A stretch of DNA of 48,664 nt from a virus. Taxonomy: Duplodnaviria; Caudoviricetes. Under the pieces are notes generated by a model that saw nothing but the letters and a program-made list of their open reading frames with translations, did not search any database and was not told where the DNA came from. This document shows, one piece after another, positions 27,062-36,701 of the stretch (the first letter of the stretch is position 1; each line of letters starts with the position of its first letter). Both the position numbers and the translations under genes were made by a program. Location: positions 1 through 48,664 of IMG/VR virus record IMGVR_UViG_3300033407_000891. One strand, written 5' to 3'.

Positions 27062-29579
27062 ATTTGCTCGTTCCCCATTGAATTACCGCAGTATTCCCAT
27101 CAGGACTTAAAGCTCTAACATAAGGGCCTTTGACACTTTTGGACTTTCCATAATTTATAAATCCCGCCGCAAAACTCCTAAATTGATTTTCTGTAATCCT
27201 TTTTGTTATTTTAGGAGTTTCTTCTTCGGACAAAAAAGGTGCTCTTAAAGGTGCAGGAGGAACAGGGGTAATACCTCCTCTTAATACTCCTGGAGTCCTT
27301 AAAGTTTCCGTTGCTGTTTGTGTTAATCTTGGAGTTGTAAACGGAGTTGTAGTTTCTGTTTGAGTTTCTATTTGCGCTTGAGTTTGAATTTGTGTTTCTT
27401 CTAGGGGTTGTACTTGAGTTATTTCTCTTGGTCTTGTTTGTAATTCTGTCTCTGTAACAGGTTTAGTTTCAACTTTAGTAATAGGAGCAAGTTTAGGAAT
27501 AGTTTCTATTCTAGTTTCCATAAAAATTTCAGGATTTGCTACTAATTGTTGAAGAGTTTTTACATTAGTGTTTAATTGTGGGAGGGAAGCAACATCTAAT
27601 TGCCTTGCAATTTCTCTTTGCTCTTGTATAATTCCCTGTCTTTGAGTTAAATTCTCTGTTCCTGCTAAGACTCCCTCTAAAACTAAAATTCTATTTACAA
27701 TATTAGCCTGTTCCTGTAATTGAGGAGAGAGTTGAGGAGTAGCTCTTTGTAAAGAATCTAAATAATTTCTTATTTCTGTATCTCTAGATTCCCTAGCAGT
27801 CCTACCAGGAATTGTAGACCTTAAGGAGACTCGGGATTTTATTGTTCCTATCCTACCTATTCGAGTAGATTTAGCTAAAACATTCTGTAATTGTCCCCTT
27901 AATATTCCAGAAATAGGAGCTATTTTTCCTAAATCAACATAGCCAGCTTGAGACCTTAAAGCTATAGGAGCAGTCCTTTTTACATAATCAATAATTCTAG
28001 GTGCTACATATCTAAGTCCCCGAATTAGTAGGGACGATGCAGCAAAAGAAACAGGAATACTAGCAATAGATATTCCAGCAGAAATTAAGTGTTGTTTTCT
28101 TTGTTCATCAAATATCATAGCAACTTCAGGTCTATCTTTATTTTCCTGAAGCCACTTATATTCAGCTACAGATATCCAATATCTTTCAGGTAATTCAAAA
28201 CCTGAACCTACAACAGAAAGTTGTAAATCTAATTTTTGGGCTATATCTACAGCTTTATTTATATTTTCAGCAATGGCCCTAGATTCTATGTCCTGGGCAA
28301 TAACGTCTGAAGGGCTAGGAGGAGGAACATTCGGATTTATTTCAAATCCAACAGTCACAAGCCCCGTTTCTTTATCCTCAAAAAGAGGATATTGGGAAGG
28401 GTCAATATTCCATTTCTCAATTAATTCTCTAGTTTCAGGGGTAAATTGAGCTAAATATTTTTGTCTATAATGCTCCTGTAATCCCTCTAGACCACTCTCC
28501 TCTAAAATCTGCTTTTCCTCTTGTCCTAAATCCTCATACCAACTCTTTAATTCTTCTATATCCTTTTGTTCAAATCCTATATTTATTAACTCAGCTTCAT
28601 TAGTACCTTTTCTTATTTCTTCTAATAAATCATATTCTCTTGTCTCTGTTATTTCTTGTTCTTGTTTTTGTTCAGGTACTATTTCCTGCTCTTCTTGTTC
28701 AGTTACAAGTATATTTAATTCTCGTTCGTAACTTCTCTCCCAATTTTCAATACTTCTATTTAACTGTAAAGCCTGTCTATTAAACTCTCTAGGAGAAAGT
28801 GTATCCCTTTGCTCTTCTAATTCTTGAACTCTTTCTATTAATCTTTCTCTATTAGTCTCAAAATCTCTAAGTCTAGCAGATATTCTATCTAATTCTTCCC
28901 CTTGTTGCTCTTCTTTTTCTTCCTCGGTATCTTTTATTTCTTGGTCTTTTTCTGATATTTCTTCTATTTTTTCTTCTTTATCCCTTTTTTCCTGTAGTTC
29001 TATCTGTCTCCTTGCTGCTTCTATTGCTATAATTTCTTGTGGACTCGGGATTCTTACTGATTTTTCCTCTTCTTCTTCCTGCTCTTGTTGTATTGTCTCT
29101 TCCTCCTGTTTTATAGCTTCCATTTTTTGTATAGAATTTTCTGGTTGTGTGTGGATAGCATCTGAATTATTTTGATTTTCACTTATTGGATTTTCGGATT
29201 CAACTCTAGCACTTATTCTCTCTCCCTCTACACTATCCCCATCCCTTTCAGGAGTATTAGGAGTACCATTAGGAGAATTGTCGGAGTTAGAAATATCGCT
29301 ATTATCAGAGGAAGGAGGATCAATATCCTCCAAAATATTTGGATTTGGATTTGGACTTGACTGGTCATTATAGTTATTTAAAACCTCTCTCTCACTATCA
29401 TCCAATTCTTGTTTATTTATTTCACCATTTCTCTCTAGCCTTTGCAATAAAGCTCCAGCTTCAGACTCCCTACCTTGAGATATTAAATCAGAGACTTGCT
29501 CTCTATAAGAATAAGTCTCTGGCTTGTATTCTTTTGGTTCTGTAGAATTAACTTTTATGGGAGTAATATTGACAGCCAT
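27042..29579 (-). CDS. Large acidic coiled-coil protein with one central TM
   Basis: E/Q-rich coiled coil, hydrophobic segment LISAGISIASIPVSFAASSLLI, T/Q/P-rich tail. Confidence 0.78.
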   Translation of the reverse strand: MAVNITPIKVNSTEPKEYKPETYSYREQVSDLISQGRESEAGALLQRLERNGEINKQELDDSEREVLNNYNDQSSPNPNPNILEDIDPPSSDNSDISNSDNSPNGTPNTPERDGDSVEGERISARVESENPISENQNNSDAIHTQPENSIQKMEAIKQEEETIQQEQEEEEEKSVRIPSPQEIIAIEAARRQIELQEKRDKEEKIEEISEKDQEIKDTEEEKEEQQGEELDRISARLRDFETNRERLIERVQELEEQRDTLSPREFNRQALQLNRSIENWERSYERELNILVTEQEEQEIVPEQKQEQEITETREYDLLEEIRKGTNEAELINIGFEQKDIEELKSWYEDLGQEEKQILEESGLEGLQEHYRQKYLAQFTPETRELIEKWNIDPSQYPLFEDKETGLVTVGFEINPNVPPPSPSDVIAQDIESRAIAENINKAVDIAQKLDLQLSVVGSGFELPERYWISVAEYKWLQENKDRPEVAMIFDEQRKQHLISAGISIASIPVSFAASSLLIRGLRYVAPRIIDYVKRTAPIALRSQAGYVDLGKIAPISGILRGQLQNVLAKSTRIGRIGTIKSRVSLRSTIPGRTARESRDTEIRNYLDSLQRATPQLSPQLQEQANIVNRILVLEGVLAGTENLTQRQGIIQEQREIARQLDVASLPQLNTNVKTLQQLVANPEIFMETRIETIPKLAPITKVETKPVTETELQTRPREITQVQPLEETQIQTQAQIETQTETTTPFTTPRLTQTATETLRTPGVLRGGITPVPPAPLRAPFLSEEETPKITKRITENQFRSFAAGFINYGKSKSVKGPYVRALSPDGNTAVIQWGTSKYALSLK

Positions 29580-29642
29580 AATAAGGACATCCTAAAACAA
29601 ATCAAAATATTAAAAAGATTGCTAAAAAATAAGAAAAAAAAT

Positions 29643-29795
29643 CTACTCGTACCTACTAATTTCTGAAACTGCTTTATCTAGTGCATCTCTCTTAGAAACT
29701 TTTTGGTTCTTATAAATAGAATTAGCAGAGTTAAGAATTCTTCTCCAAATATCTTCTTTAGGATTTTTTCTGCGATCTTGTTTTCTAGTAGTCAT
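29643..29795 (-). CDS. Small basic protein after the capsid-like pair (50 aa); not in ORF track
   Basis: MTTRKQDRRKNPKEDIWRRILNSANSIYKNQKVSKRDALDKAVSEISRYE. Confidence 0.55.
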   Translation of the reverse strand: MTTRKQDRRKNPKEDIWRRILNSANSIYKNQKVSKRDALDKAVSEISRYE

Positions 29796-29859
29796 TGTTT
29801 TTTTTTCATTTCATAGTCTGGTTTTTTAACCGCCAGACCTTTTTCGGATAAATTTGAAT

Positions 29860-30060
29860 TTACCCTCTACTAGAAAAAGCTCCAGAAGCTAATCTCCACA
29901 GTAACACAGCCGCCAAAATGACGGCCATAACCGAGAAAATAGCCGTAACGCCATTAGCGCCTGTAACCGCTGCAAACTGCGTGATAATAGTAGGGAATAA
30001 TGCAGAAGCAACAACAGCCACTAACAAAACACCAATAACCCAGTTACCGATTTTGTCCAT
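29860..30060 (-). CDS. Putative major capsid protein paralog 2 (two-helix hydrophobic, spindle-virus VP1/VP3-like)
   Basis: Two hydrophobic helices joined by FPTIITQFAAVTGANG; basic C-terminus; strong GGAGGT RBS. Confidence 0.72.
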   Translation of the reverse strand: MDKIGNWVIGVLLVAVVASALFPTIITQFAAVTGANGVTAIFSVMAVILAAVLLWRLASGAFSSRG

Positions 30061-30087
30061 TATTTTTAACCTCCCTTCTACAAAAAA

Positions 30088-30294
30088 TTACTTACTACGA
30101 CCAAATGCACCACCTGCAATCTTCCATAGAAAGACAGCAGCTAAAACTACCGCCATAACAGAGAAGATTGCCGTAATACCATTAGCTCCTGTAACTGCCG
30201 CAAATTGAGTTACAATTGTTGGGAATAATGCACCCCCAATAACTGCAATCAATAAAAGAGCAATTACCCAGGTAGCCACAGAATTTCCTTTCAC
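30088..30294 (-). CDS. Putative major capsid protein paralog 1 (two-helix hydrophobic, spindle-virus VP1/VP3-like)
   Basis: Closely similar to 29860-30060 (LFPTIVTQFAAVTGANGITAIFSVMAV); GGAGGTGA RBS, GTG start. Confidence 0.72.
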   Translation of the reverse strand: MKGNSVATWVIALLLIAVIGGALFPTIVTQFAAVTGANGITAIFSVMAVVLAAVFLWKIAGGAFGRSK

Positions 30295-30354
30295 AAGATT
30301 TCACCTCCCTTCTTTCAAAATTTTGTTTTATCCACCTTTATGATTTCCTTTCCT

Positions 30355-31443
30355 CTAATCCCTAACTACCTCATATATTCCGTACCTCCCATTTCCAATA
30401 CTTGCACTTACAAATAAAGAATCTTCAATAAAAAATAAATGAGTCAAATAAGAGAGTTTATTCTCTAAAATAAGTTCCGGTATACTCTCTAAATTATACT
30501 TCCAAATTCTCCCACTACAAAAATCCCCAAAATAGATACTTCCATCTTTTTCCCCAATTCCTTCTTTATAAGGTCCACCTATTATTGCACAGTTACCTTT
30601 ATCGTAGATTGGATAAAAGTAATTAGGAGGAGTATAATTTTGAAGTTCAGGCTCAAAACCTAAAAATCCTTCTACACCCGTAAATTCAGCACTAAACTCA
30701 TTCCCCTCATAGTAGGGCCAACCATAATTTCCTAATTCTTCATCTAAATCAATTATATTGATTTCTTCCCAACTAGTTTGGCCTGTATCAAAAACAACTA
30801 ACTTTTTTCCAATTTTCTCAAATCTCCAAGGATGCCGAAAACCATAACCTAAAATATCTACCGAACCAGAAACCAAATCAATCCTTGAAACTGTACCCCT
30901 ATAATTACTGTTATCTTGTGCCCAGGTACAATCTTCTAATCCTAAAGTACAAAAATATCCATCCCCAAAACTAGCAAAAAGTATGTCATTATCTAAAATT
31001 AACCCTCCGCCTGCATGAACATCCCCATCACGCTCTACCCTTAAAATATACTCTTCACTCTCAACATCCCAAAAATCAAAATAACTTACTGTTACAGATC
31101 CCCCAACTTCCGTATAGGATAAGAAAAACCCCTTTGCATCCTCTGTAACCTCTACACTTTGTAACCCATTTTCGTGATGATATTCCGGCTCTTCTATTTT
31201 ATTTCTAAGGTCAAAAACTAGTTCTCCATCTTCTTTCCAAATATATCCTTGCTTCTCAACAAAATACAATTCTTCATCTAAAGTAAAAGTGTCAACAATC
31301 TCCGTATCAAAAACTAAATTTTCAAATGCTAAAGCTACTTCCCAATTCTCATTAGCTTTATTCCAATAGTCTATTTCTTCTTCAGCCTCAATAGGTGTAC
31401 AACCAAAAAATAATAAAGATATAAAAATTAAATATCTAAACAC
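30355..31443 (-). CDS. PQQ-dependent glucose/sorbosone dehydrogenase-like beta-propeller lipoprotein
   Basis: Lipobox-like LFFGC; ENGL, HAGG, FGDG, GFRHPWR, WEEIN, NYGWPYYEG, YFGDFCSGRIW motifs. Confidence 0.85.
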   Translation of the reverse strand: MFRYLIFISLLFFGCTPIEAEEEIDYWNKANENWEVALAFENLVFDTEIVDTFTLDEELYFVEKQGYIWKEDGELVFDLRNKIEEPEYHHENGLQSVEVTEDAKGFFLSYTEVGGSVTVSYFDFWDVESEEYILRVERDGDVHAGGGLILDNDILFASFGDGYFCTLGLEDCTWAQDNSNYRGTVSRIDLVSGSVDILGYGFRHPWRFEKIGKKLVVFDTGQTSWEEINIIDLDEELGNYGWPYYEGNEFSAEFTGVEGFLGFEPELQNYTPPNYFYPIYDKGNCAIIGGPYKEGIGEKDGSIYFGDFCSGRIWKYNLESIPELILENKLSYLTHLFFIEDSLFVSASIGNGRYGIYEVVRD

Positions 31444-31461
31444 TTAGACTCCCTCATGACT

Positions 31462-31490
31462 AGTTTACCTTATCCCGTCCTGATTGTCAA
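31462..31490 (-). promoter_or_regulatory. sigma70-type promoter upstream of the lipoprotein/capsid/morphogenesis operon
   Basis: TTGACA-17bp-TAAACT. Confidence 0.75.
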
Positions 31491-31560
31491 TACCCTCCGA
31501 AAAAGTCTATACCCTTTTTCTCCAATAACCGTTCATACTATCTATCTTTGATTCTAATTT

Positions 31561-31794
31561 CTATCCCTCCTTATTCCTCCATTCCTTAATAGCATTAAAT
31601 CCAGGAAGTAAAAATCCAAATCCAGGGAAAAGACAAGACAAGCCAAAAATAGGAAAATCAGAAATTACTATAAAAACTGTAGCCAACCAAACTACTCCTG
31701 CTGCAAAGGAGAACAAAATTCCTACAGTTTCATTTCTAAGAAAAACTGCTAAACCTGTAAAAGCTCCTACGATTATAGCTAAACCTAAATCCAT
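31561..31794 (-). CDS. Small three-TM protein
   Basis: Hydrophobic; resembles the C-terminal TM block of 31921-33630. Confidence 0.72.
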   Translation of the reverse strand: MDLGLAIIVGAFTGLAVFLRNETVGILFSFAAGVVWLATVFIVISDFPIFGLSCLFPGFGFLLPGFNAIKEWRNKEG

Positions 31795-31920
31795 TTTTTT
31801 CTTCCCCTTTATCCTTCTTATCAGTTTTTTTTATTGTTATTTATTTTTTAGTTTCACTTTTTTATTCCTATCCCCTATCCCTAATCTCCTCATATCTTTT
31901 ATTCCTAATTTCTCCATTTT

Positions 31921-33630
31921 CTATTCCTGATTTCTCCATCTTCTAACTCGTCTGTATGCCCAAGGTAGTATAAATGCGAAAGCTATAGCTACTGACGCTA
32001 AAGAGTAAACAAAATTAATATCCGTTTCTATTCCTAGACCAAAAATTACACTTATACCGAACCATTTAGATGCTGCTCCCCATTTAAATAAATCGTCTCC
32101 AGCCCAATCTAATCTTAATCCGGCCAATATAGAAGAAAATATAGTCAATAGAAATAATCCTACTAAAGGAGATATTTCTGTAGGCTCACCTCCGCCACCA
32201 CCTATAGGTGTAGCTGTAGGTGTAGGAGTTGGAGTATTTGTCGGAGTTGCAGTAGGTGTAGGCGTAGGTGTAGGGTCTAAACCATCTGAAGCCATAAAAT
32301 TATCTGAGGATGTAGCAGAACCTCTTAAAGTAAGTCCAGTATACAAATTACCAGAAATAGAACTATCTGTAATCTGTATTTTTTGTACGTCTTCATAGAA
32401 ATAAGTTAGTGTAGTACCTTCTATATCAAATTTAGCTTCTCCTGGAAAAGTAGGAGCAGGGCTTTCATTAGCTCCTGTAAGCTCACTCCTAGTCCCAGTA
32501 ACAAATTTTTCAAATCTATGTGAAACAGAAGTATTCGGTCTACTCCAAGCCGAATATAAAGTAATATCTGATTCGTGAATTCTTACTCCAGGACCATTAA
32601 CTAAAGAAGAAGCTCCCATACTTACAATATCGACTTGGGAAAAATGGTCTGCACTAGATAAAGCCTCTTCAGCCCTAGCAACTGTATCCACACCCGCAGA
32701 AACACCCACGACTATATTACTAGAAATATTTATTGAAGCAACTAATACACTCCATGTCCATCCTTGTCCCACAGAGTCTATTGTAGCTTCTGAATTATTT
32801 AAAGAACCATCTCCTCTATTAAAATCATCTTGGATTGTAGTTTTAGGCTCTACTGAAACTATACCATCATCTCTAAACTCTTCAGGTTTAAAACTTTCAT
32901 AATTACCAATATTATATTTATCGCTCTGTAAGCTTAACCACATCCCTAACTTTTCATTTGTTAGAGACTCTCTTAATTCTCTATAATCTTCCTGTATCCC
33001 TTTTACAATATATTGCCACTCCTCAGAAACTTCAGGTACTATTATCTTTTCCTTTATTGCTCGTCCATCCACTGAAATTCCGTATAAATATAATCTTAAG
33101 CCTAAATCTCTCTCAGGAATTATAGGTTTAGGTCCAGTTAACCCAGTAGAATCTGAATGAACAGTAAAAATTTCCCATAACATATCTTCAAAAGTAGAAG
33201 AAAAAGGGGAAAAAGAATCTACAAAATCTAATTTAGTTATCAACACATCCTTTATATCAGGATTTACAAATCCTCCTTGAAAAATTAACTCTAAATCTAA
33301 ACCTAAATCAGAACTCAGTATAGGTCTATCATAAACAAAAACCCCACAACAAATAGAGTCTCCTTCAAATCTTCCCTTTTGTCCCATATCAGTAATGGAA
33401 CGCAAATCCAAAATACCTAAAACTGAATCAAAAATGGGAGCAGCCCAATAACCCTCAGAATCCCCTTCGTCAATATACCACTCCCAAGAACCTACATAAA
33501 CATAATTGTTCAAATATGAATTATTTGGAGAAGCATAGGCATAAATGAAAAAACTAATAACTAGAGAAAATAAAACTCCAACAAAACCAAGGAGTAATAA
33601 AAATCTTTTCAACTTCAATTTTTCTTCCAC
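31921..33630 (-). CDS. Exported protein with lectin-like domain, Pro/Thr linker and C-terminal TMs
   Basis: N-terminal hydrophobic signal, IQDDFNR...SDNF ConA-like domain, PTPTPTPTATPTNTPTPTPTATP linker, 3 TMs. Confidence 0.8.
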   Translation of the reverse strand: MEEKLKLKRFLLLLGFVGVLFSLVISFFIYAYASPNNSYLNNYVYVGSWEWYIDEGDSEGYWAAPIFDSVLGILDLRSITDMGQKGRFEGDSICCGVFVYDRPILSSDLGLDLELIFQGGFVNPDIKDVLITKLDFVDSFSPFSSTFEDMLWEIFTVHSDSTGLTGPKPIIPERDLGLRLYLYGISVDGRAIKEKIIVPEVSEEWQYIVKGIQEDYRELRESLTNEKLGMWLSLQSDKYNIGNYESFKPEEFRDDGIVSVEPKTTIQDDFNRGDGSLNNSEATIDSVGQGWTWSVLVASINISSNIVVGVSAGVDTVARAEEALSSADHFSQVDIVSMGASSLVNGPGVRIHESDITLYSAWSRPNTSVSHRFEKFVTGTRSELTGANESPAPTFPGEAKFDIEGTTLTYFYEDVQKIQITDSSISGNLYTGLTLRGSATSSDNFMASDGLDPTPTPTPTATPTNTPTPTPTATPIGGGGGEPTEISPLVGLFLLTIFSSILAGLRLDWAGDDLFKWGAASKWFGISVIFGLGIETDINFVYSLASVAIAFAFILPWAYRRVRRWRNQE

Positions 33631-33641
33631 CTAAATTCTCC

Positions 33642-34037
33642 TTATATTTTCCCTTGAGCTAACTCTTCCATTCTTTCCCTATATCTTTCTAATCCTAATT
33701 TTTCTAATTCCTTGAAATCCCATCCCATACGCTCACAGAAAGATTTAACTTGAATAATTAAATCAGAAAACTCTAATTTAGCATCATTTCTATGTGCTTT
33801 GTAAACATCTTGTCTCTTAATTGGATCTTCAATATTTACATTAGCACTTACCATATATTGAATTCTTTTTTGTACATAACCTAGCTCATAGGAAAGGATA
33901 TTAAGGTTTATAAATAAACCTAAAGTTCTTTCATCATGCAAAAATCTAGCATCAATTCCCTCTGGGCGCATATCTAAAAGAGGAGTGAAGGAAAAATAAG
34001 GCTTATCCAAAAGACCATCGGAAGGAAAATCGGACAT
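33642..34037 (-). CDS. MazG-like all-alpha NTP pyrophosphatase (putative)
   Basis: ELGYV...EFSDLIIQ...ERMGWDF pattern. Confidence 0.55.
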   Translation of the reverse strand: MSDFPSDGLLDKPYFSFTPLLDMRPEGIDARFLHDERTLGLFINLNILSYELGYVQKRIQYMVSANVNIEDPIKRQDVYKAHRNDAKLEFSDLIIQVKSFCERMGWDFKELEKLGLERYRERMEELAQGKI

Positions 34038-34054
34038 AAAAAACCTCCTAAAAA

Positions 34055-36700
34055 TTAATGAATCCCTCTGCTAACTAAAAATTCCTCAATTTGTTTAGAC
34101 TTACTAAACATATTTCCCCAATTATCCCCAACCTTAGTATCCACTTTGAAAGGAACTTTAGCAAATTCCTTCCCTAGATATTTCTCCCCAGTACCTACCA
34201 TAACTTCATCAATAACCTTCATACAATTATCAAAACTATCTTCTGGAACCTCAAACATTATTGAGTCATGAACAGGAAACATACAATGAAAACCGTATTT
34301 TTCCTCTAAAGGCTCAAGGTCTACAATGGATAAAAGGTTAAGGTCACTGGCTAATGATTGTATTTCAAAATTACAGCCTTGATTTTCCAAACGGCTTATA
34401 TTATAATCTGTAACTATAGGAAAGCGCCTTCTCCTTCCTAAAACAGTCTCTATCTCTCCATTATTAATTATTTTTTCCAACTGCCTCTTAGAGTATCCTT
34501 TAGCTTCGGGGTATTGTTTATCTAATTCATTTAACCATCTTTGAGCTTCATTTAAAGTAACATTATGCTCCAAAGCTACAGCATAAGCAGTTCTATTATA
34601 TAATCTTCCAAAAACAGTATACTTAGCCCTCTTTCTGAAAAGAGTATAAATTTCTTCATCCTCTTTTATACCTAATTCCATTCCTTCTCTAACCTTTAAA
34701 TACCTATCTCCGAACAATACAATAGAATTTTCATGGTGTAAATCCCTTCCAGCTCTGAAAATTTCTATCATATTTTGGTCATTTGTTACACAAGCATAAA
34801 TTCTTAATTCAAATTGCGCTTGGTCTTTTTCAACTAAAACATATCCAGGACGTGCTTTGAAAAAAGATCGAATCAAAAGATTATGAACAATATTCATAAT
34901 ACTAGGATTTCTTGCTGCACCTCTTCCTGTAACCGTAGCAGCTAGAGAGATAGAAGGATGGATACAAGAATCTTCCCTATAAATATCGTCAACTAATCCC
35001 TTGACATAAGTATTCTGGAGTTTTGTTAAGGAGCGATAATCTAGTAGGTAGCGGAGCATTTGTAATTCTCTAGGAAACTGTCCCATTATTTCCTCTGGAA
35101 TATCTGCTCTTCCAGAAACATTTTCATCCTTAATCTTATCTATATAAACCTCCCCAACCTCATTTTCAACATCTTTTCCGAGTCTAGCAACTAACCCATT
35201 CAATATATTTAAGGTTACAGCCTTATCAAGTCCAGCACTACCTACTGGACGCGTAAGTCCAAAGCCTCCATCAATTTTATTTCCAAATAAAATTTTCTGT
35301 ACCTGTTGGGTAGAACCCAATTGTACATAATTTCGAGTTAGTTTAGAGGCTTTCTCTTCTGTATACTCTATCTGCTCCTTTAAAATATTATTGACTTCTA
35401 AAAGCCTTCTTACATCAATATAAACTCCGCGCATCTGACTCTTAACAAATCTCCTACCTACAGGCATTAAAACAGTTTCATATAACTTTTTATCGGGTTC
35501 CTCCCACAAATTTTTCTCCATATATTCATCAATTAACTTAGTATAGTAAGAATCATAACCATTATAAAGAAGTAATTTATCCTTTGGAATTTTAGTATAA
35601 TCCCTCTTTTTTTTGCTTCTCCCTACATATGTATAAGGTAAAACTTCCTCTTCCCAGTTAGGAATAAAGAAAGTAGAAGTTGCAATTTCTTTTAAGGAAT
35701 GAGAGCCACCCGTTGCAGCGTATCCTTCTCCTTCTTGTCCACCAGAACCTATTGTAGATTCATCAGTAGAATAATGTTTTAAGAGAGTATCATCAGAAAT
35801 ACTTACCTGGAATCCAAGAAAAACCTTTCCTAATTCCTTATTCAAAAATATAACATCAAATGCAATCCCATTATGCCAAACAGAAGGATTATCCCTCAAG
35901 ATAGAAGCTAGAAGAAAGAGAGTTTCCTCAGAAAGAACAGTCCAATCCAAGGAAATAATAAAATCATTCTCATCACAAATAGAAATAGAAATTATATTTC
36001 CAGGATAAGCAGTTAGAGAGTCAGTCTCAATATCACACCAAATTTTTCCAGGGGTTAAAGAGGAAAGTAAGTTATAAGCATCAATATCAGTAAATGCAGA
36101 ATGGATAGGAGGAATATTATCTCCAAACCTATCATCTAAATAATTCTGCTTCAAAGCAATCAAAGTCCTAGCGAATCCAATAAATTCATTAAATGCTTGA
36201 CGCATAATAAAAGATGGATGCAAAAGAGGAAGCAAAGGCTGAGTAAAATAAGGAGATTGAAGTAGCTCCCCCTTAACTTTAGTTATTTGAAGTTTAGAGT
36301 TATTAGTAACAGCGTGCAAAGCCTCCGCGCCCAAAGCAACAACGACACGAGGAGAAAAAGAATTAACTTCTTTTATCAAACGGTCTCTACACAAATTACT
36401 TGCAGTTTCGTAATCATAATCATTTCCATTAGGTTCACAAGGAACAGCATTTGTGTAAGCTATCTTATTTCTATTTATACTTGCTATTTCTTCTGCCCCA
36501 TGCAGTAACTGTCCAGAATCCCCAACAAAAGGAATTCCTTTATTTACCTCATTATACCCAGGAGATTCTCCAACAAAAAGAATATCAATATCAACGGGAC
36601 TAGAAGGCAAGCCAGAACCGCAAGACTCAGAATATGGAGGAACCAATTTCTGAGACTTTAAAGGACAAGAATCGCACTTTGCACCAGGAAGTTTTTCCAC
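34055..36700 (-). CDS. polA: Family A DNA polymerase with N-terminal family-4 uracil-DNA glycosylase domain (SPO1-type)
   Basis: UDG: CxxCPL, VGESPG, FVGDSG, TNAVPC, HPS; 3'-5' exo DIET, HN..FD, YNGYD; Pol motifs DQAQFELR, RAK..FG.LY, VHDS. Confidence 0.93.
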   Translation of the reverse strand: MEKLPGAKCDSCPLKSQKLVPPYSESCGSGLPSSPVDIDILFVGESPGYNEVNKGIPFVGDSGQLLHGAEEIASINRNKIAYTNAVPCEPNGNDYDYETASNLCRDRLIKEVNSFSPRVVVALGAEALHAVTNNSKLQITKVKGELLQSPYFTQPLLPLLHPSFIMRQAFNEFIGFARTLIALKQNYLDDRFGDNIPPIHSAFTDIDAYNLLSSLTPGKIWCDIETDSLTAYPGNIISISICDENDFIISLDWTVLSEETLFLLASILRDNPSVWHNGIAFDVIFLNKELGKVFLGFQVSISDDTLLKHYSTDESTIGSGGQEGEGYAATGGSHSLKEIATSTFFIPNWEEEVLPYTYVGRSKKKRDYTKIPKDKLLLYNGYDSYYTKLIDEYMEKNLWEEPDKKLYETVLMPVGRRFVKSQMRGVYIDVRRLLEVNNILKEQIEYTEEKASKLTRNYVQLGSTQQVQKILFGNKIDGGFGLTRPVGSAGLDKAVTLNILNGLVARLGKDVENEVGEVYIDKIKDENVSGRADIPEEIMGQFPRELQMLRYLLDYRSLTKLQNTYVKGLVDDIYREDSCIHPSISLAATVTGRGAARNPSIMNIVHNLLIRSFFKARPGYVLVEKDQAQFELRIYACVTNDQNMIEIFRAGRDLHHENSIVLFGDRYLKVREGMELGIKEDEEIYTLFRKRAKYTVFGRLYNRTAYAVALEHNVTLNEAQRWLNELDKQYPEAKGYSKRQLEKIINNGEIETVLGRRRRFPIVTDYNISRLENQGCNFEIQSLASDLNLLSIVDLEPLEEKYGFHCMFPVHDSIMFEVPEDSFDNCMKVIDEVMVGTGEKYLGKEFAKVPFKVDTKVGDNWGNMFSKSKQIEEFLVSRGIH

Positions 36701-36701
36701 T

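Noticed and set aside
20310-30294. Classification as an inovirus because of the Zot-like ATPase and small coat-like proteins
   Set aside because: Genome is ~49 kb with PolA/PolB/RNR and no rolling-circle Rep; the coat candidates have two hydrophobic helices and lack an acidic mature N-terminus
32200-32275. Short tandem repeats GTAGGT/GTAGGA
   Set aside because: They simply encode the Pro/Thr linker; not a CRISPR or regulatory array
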